Part shown: positions 47,595 through 55,625 of the stretch, piece after piece
Position numbering within the stretch: position 1 is the stretch's first letter
Layout of the letters: each line of letters begins with the position of its first letter
Assembly: GCA_965216315.1 (NCBI GenBank)
Contig: CBDCFN010000016.1
Span: 864,001-928,000, forward strand
Length of the DNA: 64,000 bases
Direction of reading: 5' to 3'
DNA from: a bacterium
Lineage (GTDB): Bacteria > UBA10199 > 2-02-FULL-50-16 > JAJFLM01
Notes under the pieces: model-generated
The model's database searches: none
What the model saw: only the letters and a program-made list of their open reading frames with translations
Told to the model about the DNA's origin: nothing
Position numbers and translations under genes: made by a program

Positions 47595-48626
47595 ATGGCC
47601 CTTCAATTGACGACAACTTACCTGACGGCACCGCTCTTGGCGAGTGTGCAGCTGGCACGCCCGGAGTGCCACGTGGCCATCCTGCGCTCCTTAGAACGGG
47701 ATGAGTTTATCGAGGTCGCTGAGCCTATTGGCCAAGTCGTCGCACGTCTGGAAGCATCCGGTAATTTTATCACTTATCTGGAAGCTCCGGAGGAAAGTCC
47801 GTGGCAGGCGACACAGCGCTGGCACAACTCATTGCCGGAGCAAGCCCGACATCCCCATCTCAATTCATTGGTGTCTCCAGGGCCAACGCGCTGGTTTAAA
47901 AGTGAGGCGGACCTGGTCGAGGCGTATCATGCCCGTGTCGTGACAGTATTGAAGCATGGTTTGGAATTTTTTGCAGGACAACCGCCGAGCTGGGAACAGG
48001 CATATGCCATGATTGCACCCTTGGAACAACAGATGCTGTTGCGAGACCGCATTGAGCGGACCGAGGTGCTGACCCCGCAACTTAATGAGGTCATTCTGAG
48101 CTTGGGCCTTCGCCATTATGCGGTGCGCGTTTGGGAACGACTCCAGTATTGCGTTGACGAATGTAACATCGAAGCCTGGTCCCATTCTAATGAACTGAAT
48201 CCTAATGTGCGTTACGCAAAATACCACGCCGCTCAGACTAAACGCTTGTCGACGATGTCGTGGGCCATCAGTGCGGTGGCTCAGGCACGTCATTTATTGA
48301 GTCAGGATGCTCAGGGCGGTCCTTATCGGGGCCGGGACACGCGTGTTCAAATTGACTGGGAGTGGGAGCACGAGCGCTTTATGCAGGTTGTCGCCAACGC
48401 CCGTAGCCTAAGAGATTTTTCAGAAAGCAACGAGGACGCAAATGCGACGCATTTTCGGCAGCAAGTCATGGAACAACTGAGTCGAGCGGTGATCGCCGCG
48501 GATATGGGGGCGATGACGATGTATTTATTAGAGCAGGTTGCGACCTTGATACATCACGAAGATCCGGAGTTGCAGGAGGAGTTGCGGGCGGCCTTTCTCG
48601 CGGCGCAACTCAAGAGGCCGTGCTAG
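47595..48626 (+). CDS. Hypothetical helical protein (orphan, no signal peptide)
   Basis: Long ORF filling the gap; start placed at MALQL. Confidence 0.6.
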   Translation: MALQLTTTYLTAPLLASVQLARPECHVAILRSLERDEFIEVAEPIGQVVARLEASGNFITYLEAPEESPWQATQRWHNSLPEQARHPHLNSLVSPGPTRWFKSEADLVEAYHARVVTVLKHGLEFFAGQPPSWEQAYAMIAPLEQQMLLRDRIERTEVLTPQLNEVILSLGLRHYAVRVWERLQYCVDECNIEAWSHSNELNPNVRYAKYHAAQTKRLSTMSWAISAVAQARHLLSQDAQGGPYRGRDTRVQIDWEWEHERFMQVVANARSLRDFSESNEDANATHFRQQVMEQLSRAVIAADMGAMTMYLLEQVATLIHHEDPELQEELRAAFLAAQLKRPC

Positions 48627-49050
48627 CCGAATCGTGACTCTGATGACAGAACACCCAGTCGGAATGATCTTCATAATGTTCTTTCTTCCACACTGGAGCC
48701 CGCTTTTTGAATTCCTCGATCATGTAGCGACAGGCCTCCATCGCCTCATTGCGATGCGGGCTACTGACCATGATGACAATGCCACACTCGCCGACATCTA
48801 GCTTGCCGATGCGTTGGATGAGTGCAAGTTCGTGAATCGACAAGCGTTGTTGAATTTCTGAAATAATGCGCTCAACTTCGGCGCGCATAAAGGCTTCATG
48901 GACCTCATACTCGAGACCGGAAACCTCTTTTCCAACATTGGATGCGCGTATCGTCCCCTCAAAGCTCGCGATTGCACCGCAGGAGGGGTGCGCAACGGCG
49001 GTGCGGGCTTCATTGAGGTCGATGAGCTGGTCAGTTACTTTGATCAGCAT
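48610..49050 (-). CDS. moaE: Molybdopterin synthase catalytic subunit
   Basis: GAIASFEGTIR, LEYE, SSPHR.EA.EAC, K.RAPVWKKE. Confidence 0.93.
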   Translation of the reverse strand: MLIKVTDQLIDLNEARTAVAHPSCGAIASFEGTIRASNVGKEVSGLEYEVHEAFMRAEVERIISEIQQRLSIHELALIQRIGKLDVGECGIVIMVSSPHRNEAMEACRYMIEEFKKRAPVWKKEHYEDHSDWVFCHQSHDSASTAS

Positions 49051-49051
49051 C

Positions 49052-49297
49052 TCATCCTCCCGCGACCGGCGGGATGAAAGAGACTTCATCGCCGTCGCAT
49101 AGTTTGTAGTCGGCATCAACGTAGGCATTATTCACCCCGTACATGAGGGAGTGATCCAGGAATTCCTGGTCGCAAACGTCCTTTAAAAGCCGTTGTGCCA
49201 GTTGAGTGACGGTTTCGCCGTCTTGGACTTCATGGTCGGCTTCGTCGGCCTTCATGCGCTCTCGCAAGATCGCAAAGTAGAGGACGTGTACCTTCAT
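49052..49297 (-). CDS. moaD: Molybdopterin synthase sulfur carrier
   Basis: VLYFAILRE ... GDEVSFIPPVAGG. Confidence 0.95.
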   Translation of the reverse strand: MKVHVLYFAILRERMKADEADHEVQDGETVTQLAQRLLKDVCDQEFLDHSLMYGVNNAYVDADYKLCDGDEVSFIPPVAGG

Positions 49298-50520
49298 GGC
49301 GTCCCTCTCTTGATGAAGACTCCCGGCAATAAATGCACGGTCACGGACTCTCCAGCTTCGACTTGATTGGTTTCTTCGGGAAGAATGACTAAGCAGTTCG
49401 CTTGGGCAAAAGAGACCATCGTGTGCGAGCCCTGTTGTTCGAGTATCTCCACGCTTTCACCATCAAAACGTGCCCGCAAGAAATGCGCGCGATCACCTTT
49501 CTTTTTAAAATCAGCCTTCAGTGGACAGCGCAGGCTTGGTAGTGCCGGGGCCTGATGGCCCATCGCATGGAGCAGGGCGATGCGCGCATACTCGTAAAAA
49601 CAAACGAGTGCCGAGGCGGGATTGCCGGGCAGGCCGATGAGATATTGTGTGTCATTTCTTTTGCCAAAATAGATTGGTTTGCCGGGTTTCTGTTTGACCT
49701 TCCAAAAGATTTCTTCAACGCCGTGGCCTTGCGCAATTTCTTTGACGAAGTCATAGTCGCCGACTGAGACGCCACCGGTGATGATCAAGAAATCGGACTC
49801 GGCGAAGCCGGTTTCAATTGTGGCCAATAAGGCCTCCTTGTCATCAGAACACTGCATCACCATGGCCGGGGAGAGTTGCATTTCTTGGAGTGCGGCGACG
49901 AGCGCGAATGAATTCGAATCGAAGATCTTACCGGGTTGATAGTCTGTGAGTTCGGTAACGATCTCCGAACCGGTGACGATGATGCCAACCCGTGGGGGTG
50001 AAAAAATTTCAACCTGTTTTTGTCCGAGGCTGGCCAGTAGGCCGATGCCGGCCGAGGTCAACGCGTCGCCGCGTTGGAATACGGTCGTGTCTTTGCGTAA
50101 TTCCTCGCCCTGATTGCGAATATGTTTGCCGGCGGCGACCGGTGCGTTAACGCGAATTTGATCTTCGGTGCGTTCGACGTTTTCTTGGGGAATGACCGCA
50201 TCAGCACCCTTCGGCACCATTGCGCCGGTAAAGATGCGTGCGGTCTCACCCGCTTGCAAGGTCCAATCCGGTGCATCCCCGGCGGCCACGGTGTGCGTTA
50301 CTTTTAATGAGGTGTGTGTGGCGGCGTTGGCGTCCTGTGTATCAGCCGCGCGTACGGCATAGCCGTCCATTGCAGAGTTATCAAAGGGGGGTGTATCGAA
50401 AGGCGCGTTGATGTCAGCGGCCAAGACGCGCCCCAAGGCCTCTTTGAGGGGGACAGTCACCGTTGCGCGTCGGACAACGGTTTCGATGATTTTTTGTTGG
50501 GCTTGCTCAACCGATATCAT
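49294..50520 (-). CDS. moeA: Molybdopterin molybdenumtransferase
   Basis: PPFDNSAMDGYAV, IFTGA, GGVSVGDYD, KPGKP, LPGNP. Confidence 0.95.
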   Translation of the reverse strand: MISVEQAQQKIIETVVRRATVTVPLKEALGRVLAADINAPFDTPPFDNSAMDGYAVRAADTQDANAATHTSLKVTHTVAAGDAPDWTLQAGETARIFTGAMVPKGADAVIPQENVERTEDQIRVNAPVAAGKHIRNQGEELRKDTTVFQRGDALTSAGIGLLASLGQKQVEIFSPPRVGIIVTGSEIVTELTDYQPGKIFDSNSFALVAALQEMQLSPAMVMQCSDDKEALLATIETGFAESDFLIITGGVSVGDYDFVKEIAQGHGVEEIFWKVKQKPGKPIYFGKRNDTQYLIGLPGNPASALVCFYEYARIALLHAMGHQAPALPSLRCPLKADFKKKGDRAHFLRARFDGESVEILEQQGSHTMVSFAQANCLVILPEETNQVEAGESVTVHLLPGVFIKRGTP

Positions 50521-50531
50521 GATGTGTTCCT

Positions 50532-50984
50532 TTATTCGGTTGTAACTCCCATTTCATCGAAGACAGCGGCGGTTTCTTCAGTAGAGAGCAGTTGGTCAAT
50601 GCCGGGATAGAGGACGCGTTCTTCTTTATGATTGTGATGCTTTAAGATGAGCAGCACTTGTTCCGCATCCGCAGCCACGTCCATGTCTCCCGCCTGGAGT
50701 TTTTCGTAGATGGTATTCAAGCAGTGTTCAATTTGACGGTGTTCTGTTCTCATGACCGCTGTCGGTCCACTGTCACGCATATCCGTTTTTTCCTCAAAAC
50801 GCGGAAAGAGTATTTCTTCTTCCCAACGAATATGGCAAATCAGTCCGTTCATAAACTCTTCAAATAGCTGGGTGGCCTTCTCAAGCTCGTTGGTCTTACA
50901 ATCTCTAAATGCATTGAACAGGCGATCAAGGCGCCCGTGATCCTCCTGGTAATACTGGCTAATCGTTTCTGTTGGCATAGACAT
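50532..50984 (-). CDS. Hemerythrin/HHE cation-binding domain protein
   Basis: DHGRLD, HIRWEEEILFP, GPTAVMRTEH, HNHKEERVLYP. Confidence 0.88.
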   Translation of the reverse strand: MSMPTETISQYYQEDHGRLDRLFNAFRDCKTNELEKATQLFEEFMNGLICHIRWEEEILFPRFEEKTDMRDSGPTAVMRTEHRQIEHCLNTIYEKLQAGDMDVAADAEQVLLILKHHNHKEERVLYPGIDQLLSTEETAAVFDEMGVTTE

Positions 50985-50989
50985 TTCCT

Positions 50990-51742
50990 TTATATGAGTC
51001 CCCAGACAAGACGGCCGGAGACGAACAAAATCAAGACGGCGGTGACTCGTTGCAATACTTGTTTAGAAATCACCCCTGAGCCCAAGCGACTGCCGATTTG
51101 TCCGCCGAGAAAAACCGCTAACAAGAGTGGGATGAGTAGGTTCATTTCGATGGCCCAACCGCCCTTGCTCAGTTGGCCGACCAGGCCGGCCATCGAGTTG
51201 ACCAGGATAAACACGCTCGCCGACGCTGCGACTTCTTTGGCGTGAGACCAGCCGAGTAAAAAGAGCACCGGGGCGAGAAAGATGCCGCCGCCGATGCCGA
51301 CGAGTCCCGAAAGAGCGCCCAGTAAGGCCCCGATGGGTAGGCCGACGAGCCACGCCTGCTTCCACTCGATGTCTTTGCGCACCTGAAATGACTTGTCAGT
51401 GATGAGCATGCGTGCGCCGGCAATTGCTAAGGAAAGGGCGAGCAACGAAATAAAGACGGTCTTCTCGACCGGAATGCGGCCGGCCAGATAGGCCGCGGGA
51501 ATCGAAGTGACAAGAAACGGCAAGGTCTTGCGGGCCGAAAAATGCCCCGCACGGACAAAGAAATAACAACCTCCGAGGACAACCGTGATATTACAAATCA
51601 GAGCGACGCGCGGCATGTCGAGATAGGGAAACGCGAAAAGGGCGAGCAAGGCTAAATAAGTGGAGCCGCCGCCAAAACCGGCCGTCGAATAGAGTAGGGC
51701 GGTCAGGAAAAATAAAGGGACTAAATAAATTAACATCTCCAC
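50990..51742 (-). CDS. TauE/SafE (TSUP) family membrane protein
   Basis: GFGGGSTY and SGLVGIGGGIFLAP, FILVNS. Confidence 0.88.
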   Translation of the reverse strand: MEMLIYLVPLFFLTALLYSTAGFGGGSTYLALLALFAFPYLDMPRVALICNITVVLGGCYFFVRAGHFSARKTLPFLVTSIPAAYLAGRIPVEKTVFISLLALSLAIAGARMLITDKSFQVRKDIEWKQAWLVGLPIGALLGALSGLVGIGGGIFLAPVLFLLGWSHAKEVAASASVFILVNSMAGLVGQLSKGGWAIEMNLLIPLLLAVFLGGQIGSRLGSGVISKQVLQRVTAVLILFVSGRLVWGLI

Positions 51743-52647
51743 TAATGACCACCTCCTTTGATCATGTTGAAGGCGTGGAGGACGCTTGGGAAAATTGCGG
51801 CGAGGGATTCTTTGACGCCGTTTGAAGAGCCCGGGAGCGTGATGACGAGTGTCTTACCGCATAGCCCGACAACGCTGCGTGACAACATTGCGTATGGCGT
51901 GCGGCGTTGCCCATAGGCGCGCATCGCCTCGGCAATTCCCGGGGCATCTTTATCAAGCATGTCGCGCACGGTATCAACCGTGACGTCGCGGGGGCCGAGC
52001 CCCGTTCCTCCGGTCGTGACCACCAATTGAATCCCTTCATCGACCCAGCTCTGGATCATTTTGCGAATCTCGCCGGGATCATCCGGTACGATTTCATAGT
52101 GTGCGACGGGCAGCGGAATTGCTTCCATCGCCTCTTTGATAATGAGCCCGGACTTATCGCTCTTTTTCCCGGCCGAAACGCCATCCGAGGTGACGAGGAC
52201 GGCACATGACGGATGATCAAAAAATTCCTCTTCGTAATCGCTCTTGCCGCCTTTTTTGCCGATCAATTTCGTCTCGCCGATGCTGATTTCTTTATCGATG
52301 GCCTTGGCCATGTCATAGATCGTCAAGGCGGCGATGGATGCTGCGGTCAGGGCTTCCATCTCAACACCGGTCTTTCCAATGGTACGTACTTGCGTCAGGA
52401 TGCGGATTTCCGTTTCAAAAATTTCAAACTCAATCCCGATTTTGTCGATCATGAGGGGGTGACAGTGGGGGAGCAGCTCAGGAGTTTTCTTGGCCGCCAT
52501 CAATGCCGCAGCGCGGGCGATATTGAGGACATCGCCTTTAGGGGTATCCCCACTAGCGACCCGTTTGATTGTCTCTTCGCGGGCGAGAAAACGCGATTCC
52601 GCAATCGCAGTGCGTAAAGTTTCTATTTTGCTCGATATATCAATCAT
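51742..52647 (-). CDS. moaC: Bifunctional MoaC/MoaB(MogA) fusion
   Basis: MIDISSK, KGD, ELLPHCHP, TGVEMEAL, KKGGKS; then TTGGTGLGPRDVT, LPGS. Confidence 0.92.
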   Translation of the reverse strand: MIDISSKIETLRTAIAESRFLAREETIKRVASGDTPKGDVLNIARAAALMAAKKTPELLPHCHPLMIDKIGIEFEIFETEIRILTQVRTIGKTGVEMEALTAASIAALTIYDMAKAIDKEISIGETKLIGKKGGKSDYEEEFFDHPSCAVLVTSDGVSAGKKSDKSGLIIKEAMEAIPLPVAHYEIVPDDPGEIRKMIQSWVDEGIQLVVTTGGTGLGPRDVTVDTVRDMLDKDAPGIAEAMRAYGQRRTPYAMLSRSVVGLCGKTLVITLPGSSNGVKESLAAIFPSVLHAFNMIKGGGH

Positions 52648-52649
52648 AA

Positions 52650-53633
52650 TTACCCTCCGATGCCGTACATGCCGCAGGTCGCGTTATATTGCGGTAATAA
52701 GAAGCCGCCATGGTCTTCGCGTTTCATTCCGATCATGAGTTTAACGGTTTCGATAATCGTCTCATCAGCGATCCCCGGCGTGCGAAGCAGGGTGCGTAAG
52801 CTGTCGGATTCATCGTAGGCGAGGCAATCCTGAATGCGGCCATCAGCCGCGATGCGGATGCGATTGCACTTGTGACAAAAAGGCTCGGAGACGGCATGAA
52901 TCAGTCCCACGATAGAGTCTAATTCCGCGATTTTATAATACTCGGCGGGGCCGCGTCCCAGCCGTTTACCGTAAGGAACGAGTTGCCACTTGCGACTGAG
53001 CCGTTCAAGGACATAAGAGGTCGGTAGAAACTGATCTTGCATGGTCTGGGCCGGTCCGAGCGGCATCAGTTCAATGAAGCGCAGAAGTAGTTTGTTGTCG
53101 GCCGCAAAGCGGACCATGGAGTCGATTTCATCATCATTTAAACCTTTCATGAGCACGCTATTGATTTTGACCGGGCCTAGGCCCGCGGCCTGAGCGGACT
53201 CAATGCCGGACAAGACATCCTTGATCTGTCCGCCATGGGTAATTTTTTCATAGCGTTGCGCATCGAGCGTATCGAGGTGGACGTTAATGCGCTTGAGTCC
53301 AGCCGCTTTGAGTTCCGGCGCCAGTTCTTTAAGCTTGTAGCCGTTCGTTGTCAGGAGAATGTCTTCGAGTTCGGGGATTTCGCTTAAGAGCTCAATGAGT
53401 TCGGTGATGTTTTTGCGCAACAAAGGTTCTCCGCCGGTGACGCGGACACTACGTACGCCTAGTTGAACCAGCATACCGATGAGCCGTGCCATTTCTTCAT
53501 AGGAGAGGATGTCGGTGCGTGCTTGTTTAACGGCTCCTTCGAGCGGCATGCAATAGGCGCAACGCAGGTTACATAAATCGGTGACCGACAGGCGTACATA
53601 TTCGATTTGGCGGGCGTGTCCATCAGCTAGCAT
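52650..53633 (-). CDS. moaA: GTP 3',8-cyclase
   Basis: CNLRCAYC radical SAM motif, TGGEPLLR, RFIELMP, FCHKCNRIR, terminal IGG. Confidence 0.95.
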   Translation of the reverse strand: MLADGHARQIEYVRLSVTDLCNLRCAYCMPLEGAVKQARTDILSYEEMARLIGMLVQLGVRSVRVTGGEPLLRKNITELIELLSEIPELEDILLTTNGYKLKELAPELKAAGLKRINVHLDTLDAQRYEKITHGGQIKDVLSGIESAQAAGLGPVKINSVLMKGLNDDEIDSMVRFAADNKLLLRFIELMPLGPAQTMQDQFLPTSYVLERLSRKWQLVPYGKRLGRGPAEYYKIAELDSIVGLIHAVSEPFCHKCNRIRIAADGRIQDCLAYDESDSLRTLLRTPGIADETIIETVKLMIGMKREDHGGFLLPQYNATCGMYGIGG

Positions 53634-54204
53634 GTTGTGTCTCCAGACGCATGAGATCTTGCTTCGTGTTGATATTGATGGCCGATGTCCCGGCGAGTGG
53701 GACGCGGACTACATTAGAGGTTTCCCGACAGAACTCCCCCACGGATTTGTTTCCCGAATTCAGGAATGAGTTCATCGCTGCGAGCAGCCCCTTTGAGTAA
53801 ACGCCGAGCGTATAAGCGGCCTTGCCTTCGTATTCCGCAATGGCGATATCCTGCTGGGCTGAATTCTTAATGATCAATTCGATATCGTCGAAGTTGAGGA
53901 GGGGCATGTCACAGGCAACGACAAAAATACGTTGGTTTGACGTCAAACGCAGTGCCGTTGCAATTCCCCCGAGTGGCCCCAAGTTGGGGATATCATCGCA
54001 GACGACTTTGATGGGGAGATTGCGATAAAATTCGGGACTGTTCGTGATGAGCAGTGACTCGGAAAAAAGATGTTTGATGACTTTGAGGATACGAAAGATG
54101 AACGGAACCCCACCGTAGCGGGCGAAGGCTTTGTTTTCACCAAAACGCGATGATTGGCCGCCGGCGAGAATGACGCCGGTTATGTCGGGGTAAGTCGGCT
54201 GCAT
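53623..54204 (-). CDS. mobA: Molybdenum cofactor guanylyltransferase
   Basis: ILAGGQSSRFGENKA, GPLGGI, ACDMP, NINT; start ATG 54204. Confidence 0.92.
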   Translation of the reverse strand: MQPTYPDITGVILAGGQSSRFGENKAFARYGGVPFIFRILKVIKHLFSESLLITNSPEFYRNLPIKVVCDDIPNLGPLGGIATALRLTSNQRIFVVACDMPLLNFDDIELIIKNSAQQDIAIAEYEGKAAYTLGVYSKGLLAAMNSFLNSGNKSVGEFCRETSNVVRVPLAGTSAININTKQDLMRLETQHAS

Positions 54205-54208
54205 AGTA

Positions 54209-54345
54209 TCTCCTTTGCAATTCAGTCCTCGCAATTTTCAAGAAAATTGTGGGGACATCGGTAGGTATTGCCGTTTCCAACAATACCCCGCCCCATGTGT
54301 CATACCTTAACTATAAAAAGGCTTAGATCCATGGGGTCGGAGAAA
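54209..54345 (-). ncRNA. Moco riboswitch (Moco RNA motif) in the mobA leader
   Basis: Minus strand TCTCCGA-CCCCATG..TCTAAG..TATGA..CATGGGG-GGGGTATTG-TTGGAAACGG-CAATACC-TACCGAT-hairpin-GCAAAGGAGA; the 5' CTCC can pair with the GGAG Shine-Dalgarno; tetraloop-receptor variant and GAAA loop. Confidence 0.8.
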
Positions 54346-54364
54346 GCTTATATGAAATGCTATC

Positions 54365-54535
54365 CTATAGCTTTTTTTGCAAGGCCTCCGTTTCGTTTTT
54401 GACTTCTTTCATGCCACTCTTGAAATTCTTGAGGAAGCTTCCGAGTCCTTTGCCCAACTCGGGGAGTCGCTTGGCACCAAAGAGCAGAATAACCACGGCG
54501 GCGATAATGCCTATTTCCCAGGGACCAAGATTCAT
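54365..54535 (-). CDS. tatA: Twin-arginine translocase TatA/E subunit (absent from the ORF track)
   Basis: [65 protein letters not shown]. Confidence 0.92.
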   Translation of the reverse strand: MNLGPWEIGIIAAVVILLFGAKRLPELGKGLGSFLKNFKSGMKEVKNETEALQKKL

Positions 54536-54617
54536 GACAATTCCTCCTTAAAAATAGCTGGACCTAAGTGAAGCATGTTTGCCGCGCTGAGGGGAATGAC
54601 CACAAATAGCATCCGAT

Positions 54618-54737
54618 ATGATCTATGTCATCTCTTTGTTTGCGCAGAGATGCAATAGAAACACGAATAATAACAGCAATATATGATGAATATCGTCAGA
54701 TATGATTAATATCATATGCCATCATGACGCTCCGCAT
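54618..54737. promoter_or_regulatory. Cluster of FNR/Crp-like boxes in the tatA/nar divergent promoter
   Basis: ATGAT-CTAT-GTCAT (54618), ATGAT-GAAT-ATCGT (54683), ATGAT-TAAT-ATCAT (54702), ATGAC-GCTC-CGCAT (54724). Confidence 0.65.
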
Positions 54738-54806
54738 TGTTGGGAAATCACTGAATCGATATTCATTGAACATAATATGAATGAAAACCCGAAAGGACGA
54801 TGCGTT

Positions 54807-55625
54807 ATGAGGTATCGTTTTTATGTCTTACTGGCCCTCACTTTTTTTGCGACGAGCTTCTTCAGCAGCGAAGCGATTGCCTTTAATGCCGGCGCCTATT
54901 TCGACAAAAATTGTACGAGTTGTCACACGGTCGGTGGGGGGGATGATATTGGTCCCGACCTCAAAGATATCTCCAAGCGTCGCTCCGAAGAATGGTTGAT
55001 CAAATTCATTCAATCGTCACAAAGCGTGATCAAGTCCGGTGATGCCGCTGCGATTGAGTTATTTAATAAATATAAGAAGAAAAAGATGCCTGACCAGGAT
55101 TTGAATGATTCAGAGGTCAAGGCGATATTGGCCTTTATCGAAAAGGGTGGGCCAGCCGAGCAGCCGATCGAAGCCAAGCCGGCCACAGCTTCCACTAAAG
55201 AAGACGTGGAAAGAGGCCATGATCTCTTTTTAGGGATTCAACGTTTCTCAGCGGGTGGGGCGGCATGTATTTCCTGTCATAGCGCCGGTGCCTTTGGTCC
55301 TTTGGGCGGCGGGACATTAGGTCCTTCATTGTCTCAGGCCTACTCCAAGTATGAAGATAGGGGGATGTCGAAGGCGCTCGCCAATACAGGCTTTCCAATT
55401 ATGAAGGAAATCTACGCGGACAAGCAACTCACTCCCGAAGAGGCCTTTGCCGTAAAGGCTTTTCTATATCAGGTAGACAAAAAGGGTGAGATTGCAGGGG
55501 ATTATCAGAAGAAGTTTCTCTTTCTGGGGATTGGTGGCGGTGTCATCGCCATGGGTCTCATTGATTTTACATGGCGTAAACGCCGCAAGAAGAGCGCCAA
55601 GCCTCGGCGCGGAGGTGTCTCATGA
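54807..55625 (+). CDS. Periplasmic diheme cytochrome c with C-terminal membrane anchor (NarC-like)
   Basis: Signal peptide, CTSCH..GPDL..MP, CISCH..GP.L..M, C-terminal TM plus basic tail; stop overlaps the narG start. Confidence 0.85.
   Translation: MRYRFYVLLALTFFATSFFSSEAIAFNAGAYFDKNCTSCHTVGGGDDIGPDLKDISKRRSEEWLIKFIQSSQSVIKSGDAAAIELFNKYKKKKMPDQDLNDSEVKAILAFIEKGGPAEQPIEAKPATASTKEDVERGHDLFLGIQRFSAGGAACISCHSAGAFGPLGGGTLGPSLSQAYSKYEDRGMSKALANTGFPIMKEIYADKQLTPEEAFAVKAFLYQVDKKGEIAGDYQKKFLFLGIGGGVIAMGLIDFTWRKRRKKSAKPRRGGVS

Noticed and set aside
54702..54806. Longer N-terminus of the cytochrome c as given in the ORF track (likewise 14181-14089 for resB and 12496-12428 for ccsA)
   Set aside because: The cytochrome and resB extensions run through regulatory palindromes and the ccsA extension overlaps resB; downstream starts give better N-termini.
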